Origin: Macrostomum lignano
Lineage: Eukaryota
Assembly: GCA_002269645.1 (NCBI GenBank)
Contig: NIVC01000365.1
Span: forward strand, 186,001 to 250,000
Reading direction: 5' to 3'
DNA: 64,000 bases
Part shown: piece by piece, positions 54,601-64,000 of the stretch
Layout of the letters: the number at the start of each line of letters is the position of its first letter
How positions within the stretch are numbered: the stretch's first letter is position 1
Position numbers and translations under genes: made by a program
The notes under the pieces: model-generated
What the model was told of the DNA's origin: nothing
What the model saw: the letters and a program-made list of their open reading frames with translations, nothing else
Database searches by the model: none

Positions 54601-57600
54601 CAGGGATTTCTCAGGGCAGATTCAGGATGACTCCCCAGGATTCAAGCTTGAAACTCAATCTGTCAGTTGCCAACGACTGACAGCCGCAGGCGAGTTCAGC
54701 TCACGTGTCAGACTCCTTCCAGTGCTGCAGGGAGCTGCGCAGCTCGCCAAACACGGTGATGCCCAGCTTCCGTTTCAAATCGTTGGCGTGCCGGATCTTG
54801 GACGACAGCACCTGGCGGAGCGTCTGGATCTCCTCCTCTGTCTGCAGGCAAGCGAGAGGGTGGGAATAGCAGTGAGGATACCGGGCATTAACTATGCAGA
54901 TTTGGCTCTTTGTGACTACCTGGATACATTCCAGTTATCCTCTATGACCAAATATGGAGAATTCATACCTTTCCATAACACACTGAGGAAAATTCATACC
55001 CTCCATAACACACTGGGGAGAATTCATACCCTCCATAACACACTGAGGAGAATTCATACCCTCCATAACACACTGGGGAGAATTAATACCCTCCATAACA
55101 CACTGAGGAGAATTCACACCCTCCATAACTGTAGTGTACGCCCCCTCTATGCCTTCACGCTTTTCTCTGACTAGCTTTCGCCCTCTTGTCCAACGTGCAC
55201 TAGCACTGGCCCCGTCAACCGTTGCGTAACACTGTAGCCGCACGTCGGCAGTGAGTTGATATAATAGCTCAAATATACGGTCCACGAGACCAGGTTTTTC
55301 GCCACACACAAGCGCACTACAATGGCGTCGCAAGCTAGCCTACCCACACCGCCCCCATTGAACTTGCGCGAGGAGCCCCATGCGGCACATACAAAGTGGA
55401 GCAAGTGGTTGGCTCAGTTCCAGCTGTTCGCCGCGGCCGCTGACATCTCTGATAAGAAGCGACTTCGCCAACTCCTTCTATATACAGCGGGCGAGGACCT
55501 ACAGGCCATTGCAGCCGGTCTCGCCGAAACCGGTGATGACGTCGACAAGCTCATTAAGGCTCTCAATGAGCACTTCATCAGCCAGCTCAACTTGCCCTTC
55601 ACACGCTACCAGTTCCGTCGGTGCATCCAGCAGACCGGAGAGTCCCTGGAAGACTGGCTGCGGCGGCTCAACGACACCGCGGACTGCTGTAAGTTCGAAG
55701 GCCTCAGGGACTCTCTGATCCGCGACCAGCTGATTGCCGGCTGCAACTCCGAGCAGCTCCGCAGGAAGCTGCTGGCCATGGACAACGTGGACCTGGGCCA
55801 GGCGGTCCGGGTGGCCAGGGCCATGGAGGCAGCGGAGTCGCAGGCCAGCCTCATGGAGACCAGCGCAGCGACCGTGCAACGGCTGCGGAAGCGCGAGTTC
55901 AGCCCGCCAGAGCAGCCGCAGAGATCAGCCACGCAGGCAGCCGATCGCACGCAGCCAAAGTGCATCCGCTGCGGCAACTTCGGCCACCGCAGCTGTAGCG
56001 CAGCGGTAGGCAAGACCTGCAACCGATGCGGCAAGCCGAATCACCTCGCCAAGGCCTGCCTGTCCCGGCCAGAGGACGTGCGAGCCCTGCGGGTCGGCAG
56101 CGACAGTTCAGGCGCAGAGGACGAGGTCTTCTGCCTGACCGTGATGGCCTCCGACACGAACGCGGCAGCAGCCCTTGCCACGGTGCTGGTAGAAGCGACT
56201 CCAGTGCAGGTGCTGGTGGACAGCGGAGCCGACTGTAACATCCTCACCGAGGAAGCCTGGCGAAAGCTCCCGGGACCCCCAGGCCTGCAGCCGACGACAA
56301 AGAGGATCTTTTCATTTCGATCAGAGAGACCTCTGCGCACTCTGGGAGTCTGCAGCCTGCAGGTCTCGGTCGGCCGGAGGGTCCAACGCGTCAGCTTCAT
56401 CATCGTCCCCGGGAGCGGCACCAGTGTGCTCGGCCGTGCAACCTCGACATCCCTGCAGCTGCTGAGTCTAGAGACGCAGGCCCAGGCACCGGCCAGAGAG
56501 GCGACAAGGCCGATCGATGCTCTAAACGACGAGCCACCAGCCCAGGACGGAGTACTGCTGCAGCAGCTCAACACCGTCAAGTCTGCACCGGAGGACCCGA
56601 CCATCGAGAGCGTCCGCGAGGCCACCGCGCGGGACCCGGCTCTGAACTTCGTCATGCAGGCGCTGGCGATTGGCAACTGGCGCTCCGGCGCTACAGCCCA
56701 GGCCGACAGCTTCCACTCGCTCAAGGGAGAGCTCCGGGTGCGTGACGGTGTGCTGCTCAGGGACAGCAGGATCGTTGTACCCGCAGCGCTTCAGCAGCAG
56801 ACCATCAGTTGGGCCCACCAGAACCGATTCGGCTGGAGGAAGTCCATCGACCCGCTGCGGAGGAAATTCTGGTGGCCCGGCATGGCGCGGCAGGCACAGA
56901 CGGCTCTGTCAAAGAGACGCCAGAACGAGGACATCCGAAGCGGTGGCCCGTGCAAGGCGCTTCCGGACGGCCGACAGAGGACGGCAGACACAGCAGGGAA
57001 GTCGGACGTTCAACAGCTGTCGGAGCTCGACTGGAAGCTGGTGACAAGACGGCGCAAGCCGCTGCTTTCAAGCTGCTGCCAGGTGACCGAAGCTGTACGA
57101 CGGCCTCTGGGAGGTCTACCGGCTGCACGACAGCACGTCAGCAAACCACGAGGTCGTAGCAACACAGCCGCAACCTACTAACTCGATGAATTATACATGT
57201 ACATGCATGCGTAAATTTAGCCTAATTGCAGACTGACACAACTTTTCCGAAATTTCGTTCCGCTAATCTAATTATAGGCTTTGTACTTTTTTGGTTGGAG
57301 GAGAGATGTAGTGTACGCCCCCTCTATGCCTTCACGCTTTTCTCTGACTAGCTTTCGCCCTCTTGTCCAACGTGCACTAGCACTGGCCCCGTCAACCGTT
57401 GCGTAACACTGTAGCCGCACGTCGGCAGTGAGTTGATATAATAGCTCAAACATACGGTCCACGAGACCAGGTTTTTCGCCACACACAAGCGCACTACAAT
57501 AACACACTGAGGAGAATTCATACCCTCCATAACACACTGGGGAGAATTAATACCCTCCATAACACACTGAGGAGAATTCATACCCTCCATAACACACTGG

Positions 57601-60600
57601 GGAGAATTCATACCCTCCATAACACACTGGGGAGAATTAATACCCTCCATAACACACTGGGGAGAATTCATACCTTCCATGATTACCTGAGGAGAAGTGA
57701 GGTTATCCACTGTATCCACTGCCTTAGTAGATAAGGTCATAACCACCTAGAGAATCCAGACTTTTGTGAGGAAGTTCTTACACGCGGGCAAGCATCAGGT
57801 ACAAGACAATGACGAAATGAATAACCAAGAGGACCAAGCGGCACGAATATATTAAGGCAAACACGTCACAAAAGAAGTCAGGGCAGAAGCATGAAAAAAT
57901 AAAATATTGGCATAGAGCACCAGCAGGAGCAGCTGAAGGAGAAAGACGGACGGTTGTAAAGCGGACCAAACTAATCTCCCTCCTCTGCTCTCCCTACGGT
58001 CCACTTCCCGGGTCCAGCAATTTTCCCTCAATTCGCTCCAAGCCGCACACAGATCGAGAGAAAAATAGGAAAACGGGGGAGTGAAAGCCAAGGAGAGAAA
58101 ACGAGCCACCCCTCGTGCGGTAGGGAGGATTTGTCCGCTGTAAAATGGGATTTTAAAATCTGTTCACTGTGCCATTTTTGTCCCAACTTCAGTTTCTTAT
58201 TTTCCTATTGTTGCTTAGCTTTAAAATTTGTATATACGAAAGTGAATTACGCAACATATTGGAAAAAAATAACATTGCAGTTTTCAGTCTACTAAAGCTA
58301 AGTCATTGAAATTTTAAGTCATTTAGAAGCTAGAATAGATCAGGCTTAGCTAATCTAGAGGCTAGAATAGATCAGTCTTAGCTAATCTAGAGACTAGAAT
58401 AGATCAGCCTTAGCTAATCTAGAGACTAGAATAGATCAGTCTTAGCTAATATAGAGACTAGAATAGATAAATCAGGCTTAGCTAATCTAGAGGCTAGAAT
58501 AGATAAATCAGGCTTAGCTAATCTAGAGGCTAGAATAGATAAATCAGGCTTAGCTAATCTAGACGCTAGAATAGATAAATCAGGCTTAGCTTATCTAGAG
58601 GCTAGAATAAATCAGTCTTAGCTTATCTAGACGCTAGAATAGATAAATCAGGCTTAGCTTATCTAGAGGCTAGAATAGATAAATCAGGCTTAGCTAATCT
58701 AGAGGCTAGAATAGATAAATCAGGCTTAGCTAATCTAGAGGCTAAAATAGATAAATCAGGCTTAGCTAATCTAGAGGCTAGAATAGATCAGGCTTAGCTA
58801 ATCTAGAGGCTAGAATAGATCAGGCTTAGCTAATCTAGAGGCTAGAGTAGAGCAGGCTTCACTAATTTAGAGGCTAGAATACGAGTAGATCAGGCTACGC
58901 TAATCCAGAGGCTAGAATAGATCAGGTCTATTGAATGTCGCTTTTAGTTAATAGAGCCTCTTTAATTCTTTGATTAAACTTCATCTTCATTGCATGTCCT
59001 TACCTTTTCGTACAAATCTTCAAATTTTAACTATTTTCGATATTTTAATAAGAGTGGCACTATTAAAATAGAATACAGACACAAACAATTATTCACTTTA
59101 ATCTTGCCGCCACAGACTAGATACACCAGACAGAATTCGCAGACTTGTGTCTCCGATCCCCTTCCTCAGACTGAAGCGACAGAGCGCGAAGGAACCGGGT
59201 GAAGAATGGAAACCCGGCCGGAAAGCAGTTAAGAGGCAAATGAAAGCCAACCTTAAGTCCAAGTGGATTAGCCTGCCCATTAATCCGTTCTGTCGGGTCT
59301 TCAGTGAATATATTCTGCATCAATAATTCACCGCTCAGACCGACCTCTCCGACCTCCCCTCCGAGGCGGAGGTACACTTCGAGAAACAGCTAGCCTTCTT
59401 ATCGTTTATACCGTATTGTAGAGCCGGAAGCCAATTATTAGCCAGAGCAATATGGCACAATAATAAAGCATTTCAATGATAAAATTGACAAGATCAGTCC
59501 ATATTGAACTGGGACACAGACTCGAACTCCGACCCGTGAGCCATAATGGTCAAGAGATGTGACCCGTGAGTCATAATGGTCATAATCATGTGACCCGTGA
59601 GCCATAATGGTCATAATCATGTGACCCGTGAGTCATAATGGTCGTAAACATATGACCCGTGAGTCATAATGGTCAGAGATGTGACCCGTGAGTTATAATG
59701 GTCATAATCATGTGACCCGTGAGCCATAATGGTCATAATCATGTGACCCGTGAGTCATAATGGTCATAATCATGTGACCCGTGAGTCATAATGGTCAGAG
59801 ATGTGACCCGCGAGTCATAATGGTTATAATCATGTAACTCGTGAGTCATAATGGTTATAATCATGTAACTCGTGAGTCATAATGGTTATAATCATGTAAC
59901 TCGTGAGTCATAATGGTCATAATCATGTGACCCGCGATTCATAATAGTCAGGCCTGTGAGTTATAATGGTCATAATCATGTGACCCGCGAGTCATAATGG
60001 TGAGGCCTGTGAGTCATAATGGTCATAAATGCGACCCATGGGTCATAATGGTCATAGGCACTCACTAAGGGCATTGATGCGACCCAAACTGGTCAAGGAA
60101 ATGGACAAATAACCACAAATTTAAAAAAGGTCAGAATTATCACCTTTTCCAGCTCCTGAGCCCACTCCCTGCGCTGGTGCTCTCGCTCCTCAGGTGACAT
60201 GGCCTGCAGTCTGTCAGCTTCCTCCTGTTGGCTATCTCCAAGCCCATTGTCACCATGATCGCCCTGGTCACCATAGAGACCTGGATCTATAAAGCAAGAA
60301 AGTGGAAACCTCTTAGGATTTTTTAGAAAAAAAGGGCAGTAAACAAACTTTAATAATTGACTTGGATTTTTCTTCTGTTCTATAGCTACATAATAAAATA
60401 ATCATCGAATGGTCTACAAGCTACCAAGTTGTAGCACTTAGAACTCTGAATGCCAAGTTTGAGTCTTGGTGGGACCCTGTGCCAATGATTTTTATTTATC
60501 TTTAAACTTAGACATTCTAAGTCTAGGTTTGGAGCTTAGATTTAAAACTTGTCTGCATACTTATTCATGGCTGCCTTAGGTAGAAAATATTTTGCCATCT

Positions 60601-61500
60601 TTACAACTTGCTTGATTTCTAATGCAATTATTTTACACTAGTCAGTATCAGCGTTGGGCTCATAAGCTTGAGGTTAATTATATTTTTCTAATGCAATGCA
60701 AAGGCACTAATTAAATTATTTAAGGTCAATCTATCAAATTAACTATTTTTTGTACTAGAATCCTTTTTTTTAAATTGTTAGCTAGCACTTTTAAGGCTAC
60801 TAGAATAATATATCACTGATTCTAAATGAGTCAGCAGTATAAAAGTATACTCATATTATATTATAAAATAATAAAAGTATAATTTCTATAAAACTATAGC
60901 AAAGTAAAGCAATGAAAATGACTTAAACAATTGGAAAATTGGCTGAAGTTTTTTATATATTGTGATACAATTATTTTCATTGGCCAAAAATTATTTCTAT
61001 ATATACTTCTTAACAGTCAAATAAATCAAATGGTAATCAACAACAATAAAAAAGAAAATTATTCTATTTTATATCTAATAAATGAATTCAATAAATGATA
61101 TAAAAAAATTAAATCAAAACAAATAATAATTAAATGGCTTTATTTTTAGAAAAGATTTCAATTACCTTACTCAATAACTTATTCACAAAGCTATCAAACC
61201 TCAAATGTACGAGTTTAAATTATTTAATTTCACTAAAATAAAGCAGACACTGAGACACATAGAAACAGGCCATCAAACCTCAAAGTTACAACTTTAAATT
61301 TTTAATTTTACTAAAATAAAGCAAAGTCTTGCAATCCTTGCATAGAAACAAAAATAAAAACATGTTTGGAATCAAAGTATAAACATAATATAAATAAAAA
61401 TAAAAATAGCTGTCTATCATTGAAATCAATGTGAATATAATGCACTGTTATATTATAATTCACGCATCAAAATATTACCCTGGTAGTTAGTGTTGTCCAT
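47124..61500 (-). CDS. TPD52: Tumor protein D52-family coiled-coil protein (~198 aa)
   Basis: Exons 61500-61479, 60286-60144, 54841-54705, 51885-51723, 47255-47124 (597 nt, phases 1/0/2/0). Sequence: [18 protein letters not shown]|[28 protein letters not shown] and [15 protein letters not shown]. Paralog (D52/D53/D54) is not resolvable. Confidence 0.9.
47905..48640. repeat. (GACA)n microsatellite
   Basis: Direct observation. Confidence 0.96.
48662..49924 (-). CDS. Intronless 420-aa Leu/Ala/Arg-rich (probably alpha-helical) orphan nested in the last TPD52 intron
   Basis: ATG-to-TGA ORF of 1263 nt, non-repetitive, with the same GC3-rich codon use as neighbouring genes and AT-rich or satellite flanks. 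No family recognised. Confidence 0.7.
   Translation of the reverse strand: MAEHDNDEEDLFAYLSVESLRQFQPSSSSLLTTPDAAVDGSASVRGFHLALLDHCASLRQLPPPADPALLSVLSWFAESPAFVRLLGRLSRALRFRQLARLCRQLESVAPLSSDAAAIAVRLVDTRLPVVRARLLRQLLTGADSRRLALSLARCRFLLRRASQPAQRRLLLPHCRLPDTGAGAAAEAVWRDCLLRRLLAASLLPKPGESPAAACQPRLAARCLLQAGGPSAPAACVAGCLRLLARSDRLDATVHCRLRLLAELTVVQPALLASAADRLTVRDRRRLRCQLAELLPAAGTAAPMLHLLARLACRPSAVWLAERLGSARRLLGQLLAGRPLSEDADLADRLADVARRRLRRRCLDPVLTELDELDDGGGGAAVALARRCVADLLVALAAGDTAWLAEWGLGCLHRTAWLLGL
50515..51505. repeat. ~29-33-nt minisatellite CACGAGCCGTGACATCTTAGCAATTCCCC (variable C-run)
   Basis: ~32 copies in the TPD52 last intron. Confidence 0.93.
52015..53130. repeat. (CCTT)n/(TTTC)n microsatellite
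   Basis: Direct observation. Confidence 0.96.
53630..54625. repeat. 25-nt minisatellite GGGGCGATTCTTCAGGACAGGTTCA
   Basis: Period 25 (53654, 53679). Confidence 0.94.
55130..57498 (+). mobile_element. Young non-autonomous Ty3/Gypsy-type LTR retrotransposon (2369 bp)
   Basis: 192-bp LTRs 55130-55321 and 57307-57498 with one mismatch seen; termini TGTAGTG...CACTACA; 5-bp TSD ATAAC; PBS-like TGGCG at 55323; purine tract before the 3' LTR. Confidence 0.95.
55322..57181 (+). CDS. Gag-protease-truncated integrase N-terminal fusion ORF (619 aa)
   Basis: Gag-like [11 protein letters not shown]...LIRDQLIAG; Zn knuckles [12 protein letters not shown] and [14 protein letters not shown]; aspartic protease [11 protein letters not shown]; integrase-N-like [10 protein letters not shown]...WAH...FWWPGM. 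No RT (YxDD), RNase H or DDE core. Confidence 0.88.
   Translation: MASQASLPTPPPLNLREEPHAAHTKWSKWLAQFQLFAAAADISDKKRLRQLLLYTAGEDLQAIAAGLAETGDDVDKLIKALNEHFISQLNLPFTRYQFRRCIQQTGESLEDWLRRLNDTADCCKFEGLRDSLIRDQLIAGCNSEQLRRKLLAMDNVDLGQAVRVARAMEAAESQASLMETSAATVQRLRKREFSPPEQPQRSATQAADRTQPKCIRCGNFGHRSCSAAVGKTCNRCGKPNHLAKACLSRPEDVRALRVGSDSSGAEDEVFCLTVMASDTNAAAALATVLVEATPVQVLVDSGADCNILTEEAWRKLPGPPGLQPTTKRIFSFRSERPLRTLGVCSLQVSVGRRVQRVSFIIVPGSGTSVLGRATSTSLQLLSLETQAQAPAREATRPIDALNDEPPAQDGVLLQQLNTVKSAPEDPTIESVREATARDPALNFVMQALAIGNWRSGATAQADSFHSLKGELRVRDGVLLRDSRIVVPAALQQQTISWAHQNRFGWRKSIDPLRRKFWWPGMARQAQTALSKRRQNEDIRSGGPCKALPDGRQRTADTAGKSDVQQLSELDWKLVTRRRKPLLSSCCQVTEAVRRPLGGLPAARQHVSKPRGRSNTAATY
58335..58925. 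repeat. ~32-38-nt TAG-rich minisatellite GATCAGGCTTAGCTAATCTAGAGGCTAGAATA
   Basis: Direct tandem copies in TPD52 intron 2. Confidence 0.92.
59525..60055. repeat. 31-nt minisatellite GTGACCCGTGAGTCATAATGGTCATAATCAT
   Basis: Direct tandem copies. Confidence 0.92.
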
Positions 61501-61800
61501 AGTAGCAGGCCAAAAGTGGAGCTAAAAGTTTAAAACGAACGGACGACCTGTAGAATAAATAATAAATTGACCAATTGACCAATTTTGAAGCTTCAAGCGC
61601 GCTTTTACCAAGGACGAGTTTATATAGTTTCTTCGAAAACCGTTTATCGTGGGTTTGGGTAGAAAAACAAATGAATCATATCACTGTATGTAAAAAGCTC
61701 TAAAGTAGGCAAATACGCCCAGAATTTTCAAAAAAGTTACAAGCGGAGTTAAAAAACTATTTTTCAGACAATCAGAGTTGATTTCAGTTTGTGAGACGGA
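61501..61800 (-). promoter_or_regulatory. Probable TPD52 5' UTR/promoter region (local CpG-retaining patch)
   Basis: CpGs cluster here (GCGCGC, AACCGTTTATCGTGG, ATACGCCC) while the flanks are nearly CpG-free. An acceptor-like TTCTACAG lies ~50 nt upstream of the ATG. Confidence 0.35.
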
Positions 61801-62579
61801 TATTTTAACTCTAGATAGATTAGCAAGCTGAATGTCTACACTCTGGCTAAGAATAGCAACACTATCTTCACATTGATTATTAAAAGGATTAGCTTGGAGA
61901 TTTACCATTCTCATCTTACCATCTCTCAAGAGCAGATTTATTTAGGGGGTGGCCACTTCCCCTTTGTGGCTGGCAATGATGGCGCCCCTTTTCCTTTTGG
62001 CTGGCAGTCCTAAATTTTTTTCTGAACTATTTATAAGTGATTAACTCCAAAACAGTGAAGATGTAGAATAAAAGTGCTAGAAAACATAAGCATAAAAGTT
62101 GCTTGACTAAAATAACTTTATATTGTCTATCAGCTCAGTTCTTTATCAAAAAGGTATTTTATCTTTAGTTTCAATATATTATAGCACCTCCACTCTTATG
62201 CAGTATGCTATGTTAAAATTTGCCCCTCTTCATTTTATATTTCTAAATCTGTCTCTTTATATAGCATTCATAGAGCTAAAATTGTTTATTGCATTATATG
62301 ACAATAAATTATTGATTGTGTAATAACAATAATAAATAATAATAATAATAATAATAAACAAAATAGGCCTATACATGATGAGTTGTATGGATTTCATTAG
62401 GCCTATAACAAACTTTATGGTCAATATTTTTTTGTTTTATTATTAACTTGTTAAATAAATAATTTTATATAAATTATCAATCTATTATTTTAAACTGATA
62501 CTAGCAATCCAGCCTATTTGGGAAGCACAAAAATGAAAATAAAAATTATGGCTGAAAATATTAAAGAATGGACCTATGC

Positions 62580-62785
62580 TTCCAGTAAGCCTTGACATCT
62601 CAGCAATTCCCCTATAAGCCTTGATATCCTAGTAATTCCCCCATAGGGCTTGACATCCCAGCTATTCCTTCCATAAGCCTTGACATTCCAGCAATTCCCT
62701 ATAAGCCTTAACATCTCTGCAAATCCCCCCATAAGTCTCAATGTCTTAGCAGTTCTCTTAGCAAGTCTTGACATTTTAGCAATTT
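62580..62785. repeat. Degenerate relic of the 50515-51505 minisatellite family, ~7 copies
   Basis: Units such as CATAAGCCTTGACATTCCAGCAATTCCC versus CACGAGCCGTGACATCTTAGCAATTCCCC. Confidence 0.75.
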
Positions 62786-64000
62786 ATCAATAAATATTTT
62801 TTTTTGTTTTACAAGATGCTCCGTTTATGCTTGAGTTGAACTTGTGCTTCTTTTATGTTTAGCATAATATTTTTTTCACATAGTGATCCTTTTTATAAGC
62901 TTTAATCACAAAGCTTAAAAAATAATAACAATTTTTTCTACTGAAATTTGAATGTAGTTGCTGCTTCAGCAGCTCTGTCTGTTTGCATCTAGGCTAGCTT
63001 TCATTGATCAATATGCTCATACATGAATTGTAGCACTTATAATTCAACTCATATCATATTAGTTAGAGTAAAAGTCATGATGTAATTTATTTCTCATTCA
63101 TTCCGTGTCAGTCACAATTAAAGTAAGCAATTCAACTATACAATATGAATCAAGTCTTGTGCTAAATGCTTCCACACTGTGTACTTCAAAGTGGTGGTGC
63201 AGTTGAATTCAGTGTTAAAATTCATCTAGTACATAGACAATAAATAGAATTTTGGTGTGATGCAATCTATTTTAGAATCAGAATTCAACCAGTCAGTTTT
63301 TTTCTAGCATTTTTACAATGCATTTCAAGTCAAAAGAGCTACTTGACCTTTGCAAAAAAGCATTTTTTTTCAAATATTTAATCCCTTTAGCATTCAGCAA
63401 TTTCTTAGCCAAGACCCATGTACCATCACAAAAAAATTTCTGATTGAACAGTGCAAGTTTGAACAAAATTGGTTAAGCCATTTTTTCTATTTCTATTATC
63501 AATTGCACAGACAAACAGACAAAGACAGCTTAGATTTAGATTTAGAATATATAGAAGAAGAAGATATAGCAAAATCTTAGAGATTCAATATTATCAAAAT
63601 CTATAGTAGTGCTATTCAAGCATGTAGTCAAGATTTATATTAGGCCTAAGAGGAGGGGGACAGAATATTAATCTATCTCCAATGTTGAAAATGGAAGCAA
63701 AATAAAAAGGCAATCAAACAACTCCTCTCCTATCTAGGGGGGGAGGGGAGATATCTCTAGTGTCCCCCTTTGGCTATACCCCTAGTGCTAATAACTTATA
63801 CTTATAGACTTTTTCGATAGGGTACTGCCTATATGAAGGTATTAGAATTTATGAAAGATATTGATTTTTTTCTTATTAATAAATCTTAATTTAGAATTCT
63901 ATGCCTATGGCCTATGAATATTTAGTACATGATAGATAGCAAAACTTTAATGTTGATAGTTTTAATAAACCCTATTATTCAAATAAAGTTGTTTTCATAA

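Larger units (their letters stand above)
54955..57680. repeat. 30-nt minisatellite TACCCTCCATAACACACTGAGGAGAATTCA split by the LTR element (54955-55129 and 57499-57680)
   Basis: The same unit lies on both sides of the insertion. Confidence 0.92.

Noticed and set aside
59050-59420. GC-richer unique island in TPD52 intron 2, considered as a snoRNA or extra exon
   Set aside because: No clear C/D or H/ACA boxes, and TPD52 exons 2 and 3 already join in phase with continuous homology.
61681-61929. 82-aa ORF upstream of TPD52 considered as its first exon
   Set aside because: Its candidate donors are phase 0, whereas exon 2 needs phase 1; the 61500-61479 exon fits instead.

Overview
Eukaryotic (animal) genomic DNA. 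Exons are GC3-rich with C-rich splice acceptors, and nearly every intron is filled with its own micro- or minisatellite. This style suggests a Macrostomum-like flatworm (inference only). I reconstructed nine protein-coding genes by hand, with splice phases checked for the eight multi-exon genes. On the + strand: an endosomal Na+/H+ exchanger (NHE6/7/9, 5'-partial), an RRM-RS-periphilin-C-terminal-domain protein, zinc transporter ZnT6/SLC30A6, PARG, an orphan beta-propeller-like protein and a small single-pass membrane protein. On the - strand: LRP11, a TPD52-family gene, and an intronless 420-aa orphan nested in the last TPD52 intron. Mobile DNA comprises a very young 2.37-kb LTR element encoding only Gag-protease plus an integrase stub, and a tandemly duplicated mariner relic. 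The strongest lead is a RIP-like C-to-T hypermutation at CpG and CpA. It is seen in the mariner codons and in a CG-to-TA-converted relic of a minisatellite, and it appears concentrated in the 5' parts of genes. Other leads: ZnT6 lacks its own start codon (possibly supplied by a spliced-leader AUG in an operon-like cluster), a HUSH-type periphilin domain is fused to an RRM, and a palindrome CTACTGNTAGTAG recurs at unrelated loci. Most long ORFs in the supplied track are repeat artefacts. All alignments are by eye; no database searches were run.
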